A stretch of DNA of 64,000 nt from an uncultured Chloroflexia bacterium (GTDB lineage Bacteria > Chloroflexota > Limnocylindria > Limnocylindrales > CSP1-4). The stretch lies in contig CAVRGP010000008.1 of assembly GCA_963720755.1 (NCBI GenBank), positions 40,721-104,720 of the forward strand. Reading direction: 5' to 3'. The position numbers were made by a program, and so were the translations under genes. Positions 19,716 through 29,124 of the stretch are shown here, piece by piece; the stretch's first letter is position 1, and each line of letters begins with the position of its first letter. Below the pieces are notes generated by a model, which saw only the letters and a list, made by a program, of their open reading frames with translations, had not been told where the DNA came from and did no database searches.

Positions 19716-20976
19716 CCGCCGCGGGGGTCAGTTGCTCGTGGAGCAGGCGTCCGAACCGCTCGGCCCGGGCAGACTCCGGGACGGACGCCAGCCATCGGTC
19801 CAGGAGCGCCTCGCCCTCCGCATAGACGAAGACGTACGTCCGCCACAGCGGGTGCTCGATGAACCCCAGCCGCTTGGCGGCGAGCGCCGGATCGGCGCGA
19901 CCGACCTCGATCAGGAACGACAGGACCTCGTCGTGGGACGAGCCGTCGGCGTGACGACGGATCGCGGCATCGCCGGCGATCGTCCCGAGCGTGGCGCGAG
20001 GTGGACCGATCGCGACGGCCAGTTCGGCGGCGTCGCGACAGGCGACCGGGTCGCTCGCGAACGGCAGACCGGCTCGCTCGAACAGTTCGACCAACAGGTC
20101 GGCTCGCTCCGAGGGCGGTGACACGAACCGGACGCCAAGGTCGGCGAGGCCTTCGCTGATCAGGCATTCGGGAGTGTTGATGAGCAGGATGGACGACTCG
20201 AGGCGGGCCTGGCGGTCGACCAGGTCCGCCTCCTTCCAGGCGTGCTCGAGGTGGTGTCCCGGGTAGGCCTCGTGGGCGACCAACCCGACCAGGGCGGGGA
20301 CGCGGACCGGGAGGTCCGTGTTGATATCGACCCGGGACCGGCGGCCGCCGTCGTACCAGTTGTACGCGCTCCAGGGCTGGCCGGTCACGCGACTCACCCG
20401 GAGGTGCTCCCCGTCCGGCAGCCCGAACCGTCCGGCCGCGGTCGTCCTGAACCGTGCGACCAGCCACTCGACGGTCGCGACGAGCCGATCCGTCGGGATC
20501 TCGAATCGCGCGTCCCAGGCCGCCAGGCGAACCGCCAGCGGTGCGGAGCCGGGAAGCAGGGCGTCGACGTCCGCGGCTGCCGCCTCGAAGATCGCGGGGT
20601 CATGGCGAGCCGGCCGGTAGGCGAAGCAGCGCTCCACGTGGTCGAGGTATGGCAGCGGCTCACCGGCGAGGGCGGCGGCCTGCGTCTCGAGGGCGATCAG
20701 CTGCACGTCCAGCCACGACCGTCGATCGGGCTCGGTGACGTCGGTGGTGAGCCGGGCGCGCAACGCGGTCGCATCGTCGCGCAGCCGAGCCGGCGACGGT
20801 AGCGGCTCCATGTCGACCCGCGCCTTGAGGTCGGCCGGGCCGAAATAGCCGTCGACCAGACCCGGGATGTGCTGGTCGAGGCGGAGGGCCAGGAGGAGGT
20901 AGTCGCGGGCCACGGGATCCGGCGCCGGGACCGTTCGCGTACCCCCGATCGCCGGGACGTGCCCGTCACCGGTCAT
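19699..20976 (-). CDS. DUF885-like zinc metallopeptidase-fold protein
   Basis: AHEAYPGHHLE, ISEGLA. Confidence 0.75.
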   Translation of the reverse strand: MTGDGHVPAIGGTRTVPAPDPVARDYLLLALRLDQHIPGLVDGYFGPADLKARVDMEPLPSPARLRDDATALRARLTTDVTEPDRRSWLDVQLIALETQAAALAGEPLPYLDHVERCFAYRPARHDPAIFEAAAADVDALLPGSAPLAVRLAAWDARFEIPTDRLVATVEWLVARFRTTAAGRFGLPDGEHLRVSRVTGQPWSAYNWYDGGRRSRVDINTDLPVRVPALVGLVAHEAYPGHHLEHAWKEADLVDRQARLESSILLINTPECLISEGLADLGVRFVSPPSERADLLVELFERAGLPFASDPVACRDAAELAVAIGPPRATLGTIAGDAAIRRHADGSSHDEVLSFLIEVGRADPALAAKRLGFIEHPLWRTYVFVYAEGEALLDRWLASVPESARAERFGRLLHEQLTPAAVTVPG

Positions 20977-21458
20977 CGCTGCATCCGGTCCGGGCGGGGC
21001 GCTCGTGGGGCGTCGTGGTCGAGGTGGTCTTCCGCCCGGCGACGGGCCTCGGCCAGGCGCTCGGCCAGGGCCGGGTCGACCGGCAGGCCGGCGCGGTCGG
21101 GGGCGCGGTCCGGCGACCGATCGCCGTCGACGCCGCCGGACTGACCGACGAACGGCATCCCCTGGCGCTCGACCGCGTCCAGGCTCATCCGCAGGGCGGC
21201 CGTCTTCTGCTCCGCGACCTCACGGACATAGGCCGACTCCTCGTCGGTCGTCATCGGACGACCGCGGACGATGCCCTTGGGCTTGCCGACCATCAACCAT
21301 GCCAGGTGGTACCGATCCATGCTCCCCCAGGCAGTCGAGAGCAGGTCGTCCGAGCGCTGGAGCCAGACCCGCAGCGAGCCGAGCGAAGGGTCCGCACGCA
21401 ACCGGTCACCTTCCTCGATGAGCTGGCGGGTCCCGGCGATCAGTTCGTCCCGGGTCAC
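20973..21458 (-). CDS. Hypothetical protein
   Basis: 4-nt overlaps with both neighbours; globular composition. Confidence 0.7.
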   Translation of the reverse strand: MTRDELIAGTRQLIEEGDRLRADPSLGSLRVWLQRSDDLLSTAWGSMDRYHLAWLMVGKPKGIVRGRPMTTDEESAYVREVAEQKTAALRMSLDAVERQGMPFVGQSGGVDGDRSPDRAPDRAGLPVDPALAERLAEARRRAEDHLDHDAPRAPRPDRMQR

Positions 21459-22384
21459 GGAGCGATCTCGGTCTGGACGATCATGGCGTCTCGATCCGCG
21501 CGCGCTCGCATCGTCCAGGGTCCGGGCCGGCCGTCCCCGACCGGTTCCCCGGCGAACCGTGTGACCGGCAGGACACCGGCGACGCTGGACGACAGGAAGG
21601 CTTCATCAGCCGCGACCAGGTCTGCGGGAAGGAGCGATCCCTCGAACGACCGGAGCCCGACCCGGGCGCCCCAGCCGAGGAGCCACGATCGGGTCGTGCC
21701 GGGCAGGATCGCGCAGTCGAGGGACGGTGTCGCGAGTTCCTGGCCACCAGCGGTCCGTCGGACGAGGAAAAGGTTCGCCGAGGTCCCTTCCGACAGGCGC
21801 CCATCGATCGTCAGGAACAGGGCATCGTCGGCACCGGCGCGACGCGCTTCGAGCCGGGCGTAGACATAGTCGGCGCGAGAGGTCGTCTTGAGCGCGGCGA
21901 GCGGGCTGGCCGGATCGCGCCTGACCGACGAGGCGACGAGGTGGAGCCCGCGCTCGAGGTGATCTGCGGGCGGCGGTGTGACTGGCCAGGCCTGGATGAC
22001 GACGGTCGGGGCGACCACCTCCGCGGCCGGCAGCAGACCACGGGTCCGATATGGGCCGCGGGACACGGTCACTCGGACCGACGCGTCGCCGGTCGGGCCG
22101 TCGAGGCCGGCGGCCGTGAGCAGCTCGGCGATCCCGTCCGCCAGGCGAGGGCCGATGTCGTCGGGAAGATGGATCTCCAGGCCATCAGCAGATGTGCGAA
22201 GCCGAGCGACGTGCTGATCCAGCTCGATCGAGCGTCCAGCGCGAGCCCGCAACGTCTCGAAGATCCCGTCGCCCAACTGGAAACCGCGGTCGAAGGCGGA
22301 CAGGTGGGTCCCGTCCGCGGGAACGACCCGGCCGTCGACCCAGACGTGATCGGATCGGGGGCCATTCGCCTGCCGCTCAGTCAC
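21455..22384 (-). CDS. Class IV PLP aminotransferase (aminodeoxychorismate lyase PabC/IlvE-like)
   Basis: DRGFQLGDGIFET, LKTTSR, EGTSANLF, ILPGTTR; GTG 22384. Confidence 0.9.
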   Translation of the reverse strand: MTERQANGPRSDHVWVDGRVVPADGTHLSAFDRGFQLGDGIFETLRARAGRSIELDQHVARLRTSADGLEIHLPDDIGPRLADGIAELLTAAGLDGPTGDASVRVTVSRGPYRTRGLLPAAEVVAPTVVIQAWPVTPPPADHLERGLHLVASSVRRDPASPLAALKTTSRADYVYARLEARRAGADDALFLTIDGRLSEGTSANLFLVRRTAGGQELATPSLDCAILPGTTRSWLLGWGARVGLRSFEGSLLPADLVAADEAFLSSSVAGVLPVTRFAGEPVGDGRPGPWTMRARADRDAMIVQTEIAP

Positions 22385-23802
22385 GAGATCTCGACCCCAC
22401 CGATCGCCTCGAGTGGCCCGCGTGCCTTGGTGACCGTCTCCTCCCATTCGGCGGCCGGGTCGCTCTTCCAGGTGATCCCGCCACCGACGTGCAGGGTCAG
22501 CCGCTCGCCATCGGCGACGAAGGTCCGGATGACGATACTCGTCTGCATCGCACCGTCGGGTCCGATCCAGCCGATGGCTCCCGTGTACGGCCCGCGTCGG
22601 ACCGGCTCCATGGCCTCGAGGATCTCCATCGCCCGGATCTTGGGGGCACCGGTGATCGAGCCGCCCGGGAAGGCGGCCGCCAGCAGGTCGAAGGCGTCCC
22701 GGCCCTCGGCCAGGACCCCGGTCACGGTCGAGACCAGGTGCTGCACGGCCGCCGTCCGTTCCAGCCGGCACAGACGCGGGACGCGGACGCTCCCCGGTCG
22801 ACAGACGCGCCCGAGATCGTTGCGCAGGACGTCGACGATCATCACGTTCTCCGCTCGATCCTTGCTCGAGGCGAGCAGTTCGCGGGCGAGGGCGCGGTCA
22901 GCGGCTGCATCGCGACCGCGCGGGCGAGTGCCCTTGATCGGGTCCGCCGTGACCCGGCCCGCGGTGTCGATCGCCAGGAATGGCTCGGGCGAGGCCGACA
23001 GCAGGGCGCGGGGCCGTCCCGTGAGCTGCCCGGGCCCAAGGTCGAGGTACGCCGAGAAGAGGGACGGGTCACCCGTTCGCAGGCGACGGTAGATCGGCCA
23101 TGGGTCGCCGTCGAAGGCCGTCGCCAGGCGACGGGTCAGGTTGGCCTGATAGATGTCACCGCTGGCGATGTGCGCTCGCACGGTCTCGACGCCCATCTCG
23201 TACGTGTCCCGGTCAAGGCTGGAGGTGAACCGGAGCGGCCCGGTCGGTCCGGGATCGACCTCCGGGTCGGGTCGGGCCGTGGGTGTCGTCAGCCGGGCGT
23301 GTGCATCGTCGAGGCGACGGTCCAGGCGACGTCCGTCCCCGTCGAGTGCCCGACCACCCAGCCAGGCGTGACCAGTTCGCCGGTCCCACGCCACGACCCA
23401 GTCATGGAGCGCGAGCCGAAGCGGCGGGAGATCCTGGTCCTCCGACGCGATCGCCGGGAGCCGTTCCAGGACCGCCCCGAGATCGTAGCCGAGGAATCCG
23501 ACGAGACCGCCCAGGAATGGCGGGGCATCGGGCGGCATGGCGGTCGTCCGATCGAGTCGACCGACCAGTCGCCGGGCCACCGCGAACGGATCCGATCCGG
23601 CGGCCGGCGACCCGAGGACGGCGACGGGATCGGCCGTGAGATACGTCCACCGTGCATTCCGGCCAGGTCGGGCGCTTTCGAGGAGCACGAGCCCGGGCAG
23701 GTCGCGGAACGCCTCGGCGGCATCGATGGCGCGCATGTCGGCGACCCGATCCGGCAGGCGGCGCAGCCGGACGGTCGGACTGGATCGTTGGGTCGGGATC
23801 AT
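22381..23802 (-). CDS. pabB: Aminodeoxychorismate synthase component I (anthranilate synthase I family)
   Basis: GDIYQANL, SPEPF, PIKGTRPRG, KDRAENVMIVDVLRNDL, FPGGSITGAPK. Confidence 0.88.
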   Translation of the reverse strand: MIPTQRSSPTVRLRRLPDRVADMRAIDAAEAFRDLPGLVLLESARPGRNARWTYLTADPVAVLGSPAAGSDPFAVARRLVGRLDRTTAMPPDAPPFLGGLVGFLGYDLGAVLERLPAIASEDQDLPPLRLALHDWVVAWDRRTGHAWLGGRALDGDGRRLDRRLDDAHARLTTPTARPDPEVDPGPTGPLRFTSSLDRDTYEMGVETVRAHIASGDIYQANLTRRLATAFDGDPWPIYRRLRTGDPSLFSAYLDLGPGQLTGRPRALLSASPEPFLAIDTAGRVTADPIKGTRPRGRDAAADRALARELLASSKDRAENVMIVDVLRNDLGRVCRPGSVRVPRLCRLERTAAVQHLVSTVTGVLAEGRDAFDLLAAAFPGGSITGAPKIRAMEILEAMEPVRRGPYTGAIGWIGPDGAMQTSIVIRTFVADGERLTLHVGGGITWKSDPAAEWEETVTKARGPLEAIGGVEIS

Positions 23803-23888
23803 CGCGGCGATGATACGGCCCGGTCCGCCGACCCATGTGTCGCGGATCGGCCGAGCGATGCCACCCATCGGCCCGCTAGCATCGACAG

Positions 23889-25031
23889 ATGCGAACACGT
23901 GACCTCGGCATCGCGATCGGCCAGGGGCGACCCGGCCCCGCCAACGCCATCACCGACGTGCCCGGCGTCCGCGTCGGCCACACGACCATCATCGAAGGCG
24001 ACGGACCGCTCGTCGTCGGTCGCGGGCCGATCCGGACCGGGGTGACCGTCATCGTCCCGCGCCAGGCCGATCGATGGCACGAGCCGGTCTTCGCCGCCGG
24101 TCATCGGCTGAACGGCAATGGCGAGATGACCGGACTCGAATGGATCCGCGAATCCGGGCTGCTGACCACGCCCGTCGCGATCACCAACACCCATAGTGTC
24201 GGTGTCGTCCGCGATGCCCTGGTGGCCGCCTCGATCCAGATGGCCGGGGCGAACGAGATCGATTGGTCGCTGCCGGTCGTGGCCGAGACCGCCGACGACA
24301 TGCTCAACGACATGAACGGGTTCCACGTCAGGCCGGAGCACCTGCACTCCGCCCTGGCGGCAGCGACGGGCGGGCCGGTCGCCGAAGGCGGCGTCGGCGG
24401 TGGGACCGGCATGGTCTGCCACGAGTTCAAGGGTGGCATCGGGACAGCGTCACGGGTCCTGCCCGAGGATCGAGGTGGGCACGTGGTCGGCGTCCTCGTC
24501 CAGGCCAACTACGGCCGGCGGGGCTGGCTGCGGGTCGACGGCGTCCCGGTCGGGCTGGAGATCACCAACGACGAGGTCCCGAGTCCGTACGATCAGGCCG
24601 ATGCGCTCACGGCACGTGGGGCGCCGCCCGGTTCGGGCTCGATCATCGTGATCGTCGCCACCGATGCTCCGCTCCTGCCGCACCAGTGCGCCCGCGCGGC
24701 TCAGCGGGCCGCTCTGGGCATCGCCAGGGCCGGAGGCACGGGTATGAATTCCAGCGGCGACCTCATTCTCGCGTTCGCCACGGGCAACCGTCTGCCGGTC
24801 CTTCGCGACGGACGGATCGACACGTCGGCCTATGACGTCCGGGCAGTCGGCGACCAGGTCATCGACGGTGTCTTCGATGGCGTCATCGAGGCGACCGAGG
24901 AGGCGATCATCAACGCCCTGGTCGCGGCCGAGACGATGGTCGGGCGAGACGGCCTCACGGCGCACGCGCTCCCGCACGACCGCCTCCTCGAGGCCATGGC
25001 CAAGTACGGTCGCCCGGCCCGGCCGCTCTAA
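23889..25031 (+). CDS. P1 family (DmpA-like) aminopeptidase
   Basis: NAITDVPGVRVGH, GGGTGM, FKGGIGTASR, G|SIIVIVATDAP autoprocessing site. Confidence 0.93.
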   Translation: MRTRDLGIAIGQGRPGPANAITDVPGVRVGHTTIIEGDGPLVVGRGPIRTGVTVIVPRQADRWHEPVFAAGHRLNGNGEMTGLEWIRESGLLTTPVAITNTHSVGVVRDALVAASIQMAGANEIDWSLPVVAETADDMLNDMNGFHVRPEHLHSALAAATGGPVAEGGVGGGTGMVCHEFKGGIGTASRVLPEDRGGHVVGVLVQANYGRRGWLRVDGVPVGLEITNDEVPSPYDQADALTARGAPPGSGSIIVIVATDAPLLPHQCARAAQRAALGIARAGGTGMNSSGDLILAFATGNRLPVLRDGRIDTSAYDVRAVGDQVIDGVFDGVIEATEEAIINALVAAETMVGRDGLTAHALPHDRLLEAMAKYGRPARPL

Positions 25032-25070
25032 ATCGCGACCGGCCGGGGCCGGACATGCCGATGGCAGTGG

Positions 25071-25937
25071 TCAGCCGGCGGTGACCGGGGTCGGGTTCTC
25101 GATCGGGACGCCGATCATGCTGCCGTACTCGGTCCACGAGCCGTCGTAATTTCGGACCCGCTTGTAGCCGAGCAGCTCGTGGAGGACGAACCATGAGTGG
25201 CTCGACCGTTCGCCGATCCGGCAATAGGCGATCACGTCCTTGTCGGGCGTGACGCCCTTGGCCTCGTAGAGCGTGGCCAGGTCCTCGGCATCCTTGAACG
25301 TCCCGTCCTCCCGGACGGTCTGCGCCCACGGGATCGAGGCCGCGCCCGGGATATGGCCGGCCCGCTGGGCGGTCTCGCTCATGCCCGGAGGCGCGATGAT
25401 CTCGCCGTTGTACTCGGCCGGCGACCGGACGTCGACAAGGGCCAGCCCCGGGTCGCCAAGGCGCGGCAGGATGTCGTCCCGGAACGCTCGCAGGCTGAAG
25501 TCGGGTTCCGGAAGCCGATAGCCGGTCGGTTCGTAGTCCGGCACATCCACGCTCAGGGCAAGGCCGTTGTCCAGCCAGAACTTACGCCCGCCGTTGAGGA
25601 TCCGGACATCGCCATGCCCGTACAGCTTCAACTGCCAGTACGCCCAGGCCGCGAACCAGTTGTTGTTGTCGCCATACAGCACGATCGTCGTATCAGGCCC
25701 GATGCCCGAGGTCGACAGGAGGGCGCTGAAATCCTCGCGGCCCGCGATGTCACGGCGGACACCGTCGGACAGCTGACTCGTCCAATCCCAGCCGACCGCA
25801 CCCGGCAGGTGGCTCTGTTCGTAGGCCGTCGTGTCGACGTCGACTTCGACGAAGCGGACGCTCGCGTCGTCGAGGTGGGCGAGCGCCCAGCGACTGTCGA
25901 CGAGCGCGTTCTTGTTGGCGTATCCCAGGTCGGTCAT
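25071..25937 (-). CDS. Thiosulfate sulfurtransferase (tandem rhodanese)
   Basis: GHIPGA, YCRIGERS, NYDGSWTEY. Confidence 0.95.
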   Translation of the reverse strand: MTDLGYANKNALVDSRWALAHLDDASVRFVEVDVDTTAYEQSHLPGAVGWDWTSQLSDGVRRDIAGREDFSALLSTSGIGPDTTIVLYGDNNNWFAAWAYWQLKLYGHGDVRILNGGRKFWLDNGLALSVDVPDYEPTGYRLPEPDFSLRAFRDDILPRLGDPGLALVDVRSPAEYNGEIIAPPGMSETAQRAGHIPGAASIPWAQTVREDGTFKDAEDLATLYEAKGVTPDKDVIAYCRIGERSSHSWFVLHELLGYKRVRNYDGSWTEYGSMIGVPIENPTPVTAG

Positions 25938-25957
25938 TCGAAGTTCCTCCAGGTCGA

Positions 25958-25993
25958 GGGGTCAGGTTCCATCGCGGGGTCAGGGTCCATCGC
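25958..25993. repeat. 18-bp tandem repeat, two copies
   Basis: GGGGTCAGGTTCCATCGC / GGGGTCAGGGTCCATCGC. Confidence 0.8.
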
Positions 25994-26017
25994 GGAACGG
26001 TCGCGCGGCTTGCCCAA

Positions 26018-26482
26018 TCAGCCGTCCGAGGTCACTCGGTCGCGACGGCTGAATTCGGCCAGCCGCTCCGTACACGCGGTGCGCATGCGTTGGGCCTGAC
26101 TGACGATCCAGGGATCGACCCGGCTCGAGTCCTCGATGGTGAGGGTGGCACCGCGCGCCCCATCCTCGATGACGATGCCCGAGCTGTTCCGGTAGTCGGC
26201 CATCCAGTTGGCCTGCAGCTGGAGGACGACGTCGACGACGACGGACGCTGAGAACAGCCAATCGAGATAGGACGCGTTCAACCGATCGACGATATCGGAT
26301 ACCCGGATCGGCCGGCCCCGCTCGAGCCGGGCGAGCAGATCGATCACACGGACCGAGGCGAACGGGTCGCCGGCTTCCGCGATCGTCGGCGGCGAGATCG
26401 TCGGGTCTGGCAGACCCGCCGGGGCCGGACGGAGGGCGCCGAGACCGATAGAGGGCGAAGGACTGGTCACGAGGTCGGTCAT
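26018..26482 (-). CDS. Hypothetical protein, possibly winged-helix-like
   Basis: Ordered composition, GGAG RBS, upstream of the rhodanese. Confidence 0.65.
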   Translation of the reverse strand: MTDLVTSPSPSIGLGALRPAPAGLPDPTISPPTIAEAGDPFASVRVIDLLARLERGRPIRVSDIVDRLNASYLDWLFSASVVVDVVLQLQANWMADYRNSSGIVIEDGARGATLTIEDSSRVDPWIVSQAQRMRTACTERLAEFSRRDRVTSDG

Positions 26483-26675
26483 CTCCGACTGATCTGGTAA
26501 GGATTACCGAGTCTATCGCACACCTCCCGATCCGGTCCCGAACCGTGAGAACGAACCTTCACCTTCCCGATATCGCATCCCCACGTCGTTGCGTCATGCT
26601 TGGCGGTACCGGGCGAAGCGCTCGGCGATGGCTCGCACTGTGCGTTCCGTCGAACGTCCCACCCTCGCGAGCAGC

Positions 26676-28055
26676 ATGACGCCGATGGACTCCGAACTGA
26701 TCCCGACCGAACCGACCACCGAAACCGAGCCACCGGATGCGGCACTCGTCGCGCCCGGCCCCTCCCTGGTCTCGGCGTCACCGGCGGCCGGCCGTGGACG
26801 CGGTTCGTGGATACGTCGGGCGGTCATCGGCCTCGCGCTGGTGGTCACGTTCAGCGTCGGGATCGGGGTCGGAAACCTTGCGCTACCCGCGGTGGGTATC
26901 GTCGGGTGGACGACCCCGGCTCCTTCCGATGGCGGGCCGTTCGGGCTCATCAACCAGGCGTGGGACATCCTCCATACCAAGTACGTCGGGGCCTCCCAAC
27001 TCGACGACACGAAACTCGTGTACGGGGCCATCGACGGCATGACCCAGGCCGTCGGCGACACCGGCCACACGTCATTCCTCACGCCAGAAGAACGGGCCGC
27101 CCGGGCGAGTGACCTGTCGGGCTCCTACGTCGGGATCGGGGTCCGGATCGACACCGCCACCGATGGCCTGCCCCTGGTGGTCGGCGTGTTCAAGGACGGC
27201 CCGGCGGAAGGAGCCGGCCTCACGATCGGCGACGAGATCGTCGCCGTCGATGGCCGGTCGACCGCCGGCCACACCATCGACGACGTGGTGACCTGGGTCC
27301 GCGGCGAGGCCGGGACGACCGTCGTCCTGACCGTCCAGCACGAGCCCGACGACACCCAGCGCCAGGTCTCGATCGTCCGGGCAGACGTCGCCGTGGACCC
27401 CGTGTCATGGGCGATGGTCCCGGGTACCCACACCGCGTTGATCCGGCTCGACCAGTTTTCCACCGGGGCGGCCGACGATCTCAAGGGCGTCATCACCGAC
27501 GCCCGTGCTGCCGGCGCCGACCGGATCGTCCTCGATCTGCGTGGCAATCCGGGCGGCTACGTGAACGAGGCCGACGCGGTGGCCAGCCAGTTCCTGTCCA
27601 GCGGGGTCGTGTTCATCGAGCGCGATGCGGCCGGCAAGGAGACGCCCCACCCGGTCGCTCCGGGCGGTCTGGCCACGGACCTGCCGCTCGTCGTCCTCGT
27701 CGACGGCGGGACCGCCAGCTCATCGGAGATCGTGTCCGGCGCGCTCCAGGACGCCGGTCGCGCCACGATCGTCGGTGTCCAGACCTACGGCACGGGAACG
27801 GTCCTGGGGGAGTTCAGCCTCAGCGACGGATCCGCCCTGCGGGTGGGGACCGTGGAATGGCTGACCCCGAGCGGTCGCGAGATCTGGCATCAGGGCATCA
27901 CACCGGATGTCACGGTCGCCCGAGCGAGCGACGTGGCACCGCTGGACCCGAGCGACGTCGGCAAGATGACTGCGGCGCAGGTGAAGGCCCTGACCGACCC
28001 CCAGCTCGCCCGAGCCCTGACGGTCGTCGCCGCGGTGGCCACGAGCGCCAGCTGA
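26676..28055 (+). CDS. S41 C-terminal processing peptidase with PDZ domain (CtpA-like)
   Basis: YVGIGV, LDLRGNPGG, TASSSEI, TYGTGTV; start uncertain. Confidence 0.92.
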   Translation: MTPMDSELIPTEPTTETEPPDAALVAPGPSLVSASPAAGRGRGSWIRRAVIGLALVVTFSVGIGVGNLALPAVGIVGWTTPAPSDGGPFGLINQAWDILHTKYVGASQLDDTKLVYGAIDGMTQAVGDTGHTSFLTPEERAARASDLSGSYVGIGVRIDTATDGLPLVVGVFKDGPAEGAGLTIGDEIVAVDGRSTAGHTIDDVVTWVRGEAGTTVVLTVQHEPDDTQRQVSIVRADVAVDPVSWAMVPGTHTALIRLDQFSTGAADDLKGVITDARAAGADRIVLDLRGNPGGYVNEADAVASQFLSSGVVFIERDAAGKETPHPVAPGGLATDLPLVVLVDGGTASSSEIVSGALQDAGRATIVGVQTYGTGTVLGEFSLSDGSALRVGTVEWLTPSGREIWHQGITPDVTVARASDVAPLDPSDVGKMTAAQVKALTDPQLARALTVVAAVATSAS

Positions 28056-28088
28056 ACCGCGCCCGACCGAGGGCGACGAGCGAAAGGC

Positions 28089-29081
28089 CTAGTCCGCCAG
28101 CGACCACCAGCGCCAGGTCATCTCAGCGATGAGCGGGCGGCCGGGCTGGACGACCGTCGGATGGACATTGAGCGCGTCCGGCGGCGCGGTCTGAGGCTCC
28201 ACGCAGAGGGCATCCTCCGGGAACGTGAAGACGACCCAGGCTGGACAGTCCGATTCGATGGTGAGTCCGAGGATCCCCGGCCAGCGCAGGGTCGGCGACT
28301 GCCGGAGATCGGTGAAGCAATCGTCCCACGGACCGGCCGGAGGCGGGACCAGCTCGGCGGTCGCGATACCGGCCGCATCGCGCCGGTACATGGCGCCGGC
28401 GTCGAATCCCAGTTCCAGGTCCGACCCGGCCGGCGCCCCCTCGAGTCGTCGGACGAACCACGGATGCCAGCCGATCGATGCCGGCATCGGTTCGTCGGCA
28501 TGGAGTTCCATCCGGCAGCGGAGATGGTCCGGCGCGAGCTCGAATCGCTGGGTGACGCGCCCCCGGAACGGCCACCCGGGCCCGAGGTCCGTGGCGATCG
28601 AGTCCGGCCCGACGAGCTGCCATGGGCGGTCGTAGGTGGTCCCGTGCATGGCATGCGGGGGGTCGACCACGGGCAGGGCATATCGCTCGCCCTCGAACGT
28701 GAAGGATGCATCGCGGATGCGTCCGGCGTACGGCGCCATCGGGAACGACCCCCAACCGTAGAGGCCAGCGTCGGTCGTCCGGAGCAGCTCATGACCGCCG
28801 ACGTTGAGCGAGGCCAGCCGGCCACCCGCGACCAGGTCGACCGTCGCCGAGCAACCATCGGCCGACAGGGACAGTCGATCGGGCGACCGACCCGGGGCCG
28901 ATGGAGAGCCGGGCAGGTCGACCGACAAGCGGCCACCGCCGGCCGCTGCGACGCCCGGGATCGGATCGCCCTTGGCGACCAGCTCATTGGCGGGCGGGGT
29001 CGTCCGGAAGATCTGCCCGTCGATCCCCGCCAGGATCCCGCCGATGGACTGACCGACCGACCCTCGCTTCTTCTTCGTCAC
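28089..29081 (-). CDS. Aldose 1-epimerase family protein with N-terminal extension
   Basis: PYAGRIRD, HAMHG, GWHPWF, WDDCF, CVEPQT. Confidence 0.88.
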   Translation of the reverse strand: MTKKKRGSVGQSIGGILAGIDGQIFRTTPPANELVAKGDPIPGVAAAGGGRLSVDLPGSPSAPGRSPDRLSLSADGCSATVDLVAGGRLASLNVGGHELLRTTDAGLYGWGSFPMAPYAGRIRDASFTFEGERYALPVVDPPHAMHGTTYDRPWQLVGPDSIATDLGPGWPFRGRVTQRFELAPDHLRCRMELHADEPMPASIGWHPWFVRRLEGAPAGSDLELGFDAGAMYRRDAAGIATAELVPPPAGPWDDCFTDLRQSPTLRWPGILGLTIESDCPAWVVFTFPEDALCVEPQTAPPDALNVHPTVVQPGRPLIAEMTWRWWSLAD

Positions 29082-29124
29082 CGGCTGAGTTTAACGACCG
29101 GCCGAGGCCGGCCCCAGGGTGGAC

